Made by a program: the position numbers and the translations under genes. A stretch of 64,000 nt of DNA from Octopus sinensis (lineage: Eukaryota). Under the pieces are notes generated by a model. It was not told the origin of the DNA and ran no database searches. It saw only the letters and a list, made by a program, of their open reading frames with translations. Numbering within the stretch: position 1 is the first letter of the stretch; each line of letters begins with the position of its first letter. The stretch spans positions 9,238,001-9,302,000 of the forward strand of contig NC_043012.1 of the NCBI RefSeq assembly GCF_006345805.1, read 5' to 3'. Positions 63,752 to 64,000 of the stretch are shown in pieces.

Positions 63752-63847
63752 GGCACTACTTTTGTCATTCATAAGTTACAACTAAACGTGAAGAATTTAG
63801 TTATTGGGTTAATAAAATATGGTTGTTTATTCGTGTGTAATAAATAA

Positions 63848-63991
63848 AATACCAAACTCATTCCCTATGGATACCGTATTTATTACAACTCGAGGCTTGT
63901 AAACGTATCTAACTCGCTTTCGCTCGTTAGATACGTTTACAAGCCACTCGTTGTAATAAATACGGTATCCATAGGGAACTCGTTTGGTATT
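63848..63991. mobile_element. Three-stem bulged palindrome, probable terminus of a non-autonomous DNA element (Crypton-like architecture)
   Basis: Perfect stems of 10, 29 and 20 bp separated by (A/G)CTC(G/A)-containing bulges. Confidence 0.55.
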
Positions 63992-64000
63992 CTCTATTAA

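Overview
AT-rich, repeat-saturated eukaryotic genomic DNA. The SINE, microsatellite and Penelope-like content looks like a coleoid cephalopod, most likely Octopus (inference from recalled repeat families; no search was run). No intact protein-coding gene, rRNA, tRNA gene or CRISPR array can be supported. Most listed ORFs are microsatellite artefacts. What the window does contain: three abundant tRNA-derived SINE families (A, B, C); decayed non-LTR retrotransposons (R4/Dong, Tx1/L1, CR1, RTE); DNA-transposon remnants (mariner, Tc1, hAT); three non-autonomous Helitrons; several long hairpins and palindromes; a perfect 4x98 bp array; and a near-identical 1.9 kb tandem duplication. The most interesting signal is a set of minimal type I hammerhead ribozyme motifs belonging to several unrelated short repeat families. 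Three are well formed (18375-18410, 21091-21147, 36543-36577), two are A6-variant, and several are decayed. Nearly all sit 50-200 nt 5' of an (AT)n tract on the ribozyme strand, consistent with Penelope-like or retrozyme-like elements anchored on (AT)n. A few low-confidence spliced exon candidates are flagged but not identified.
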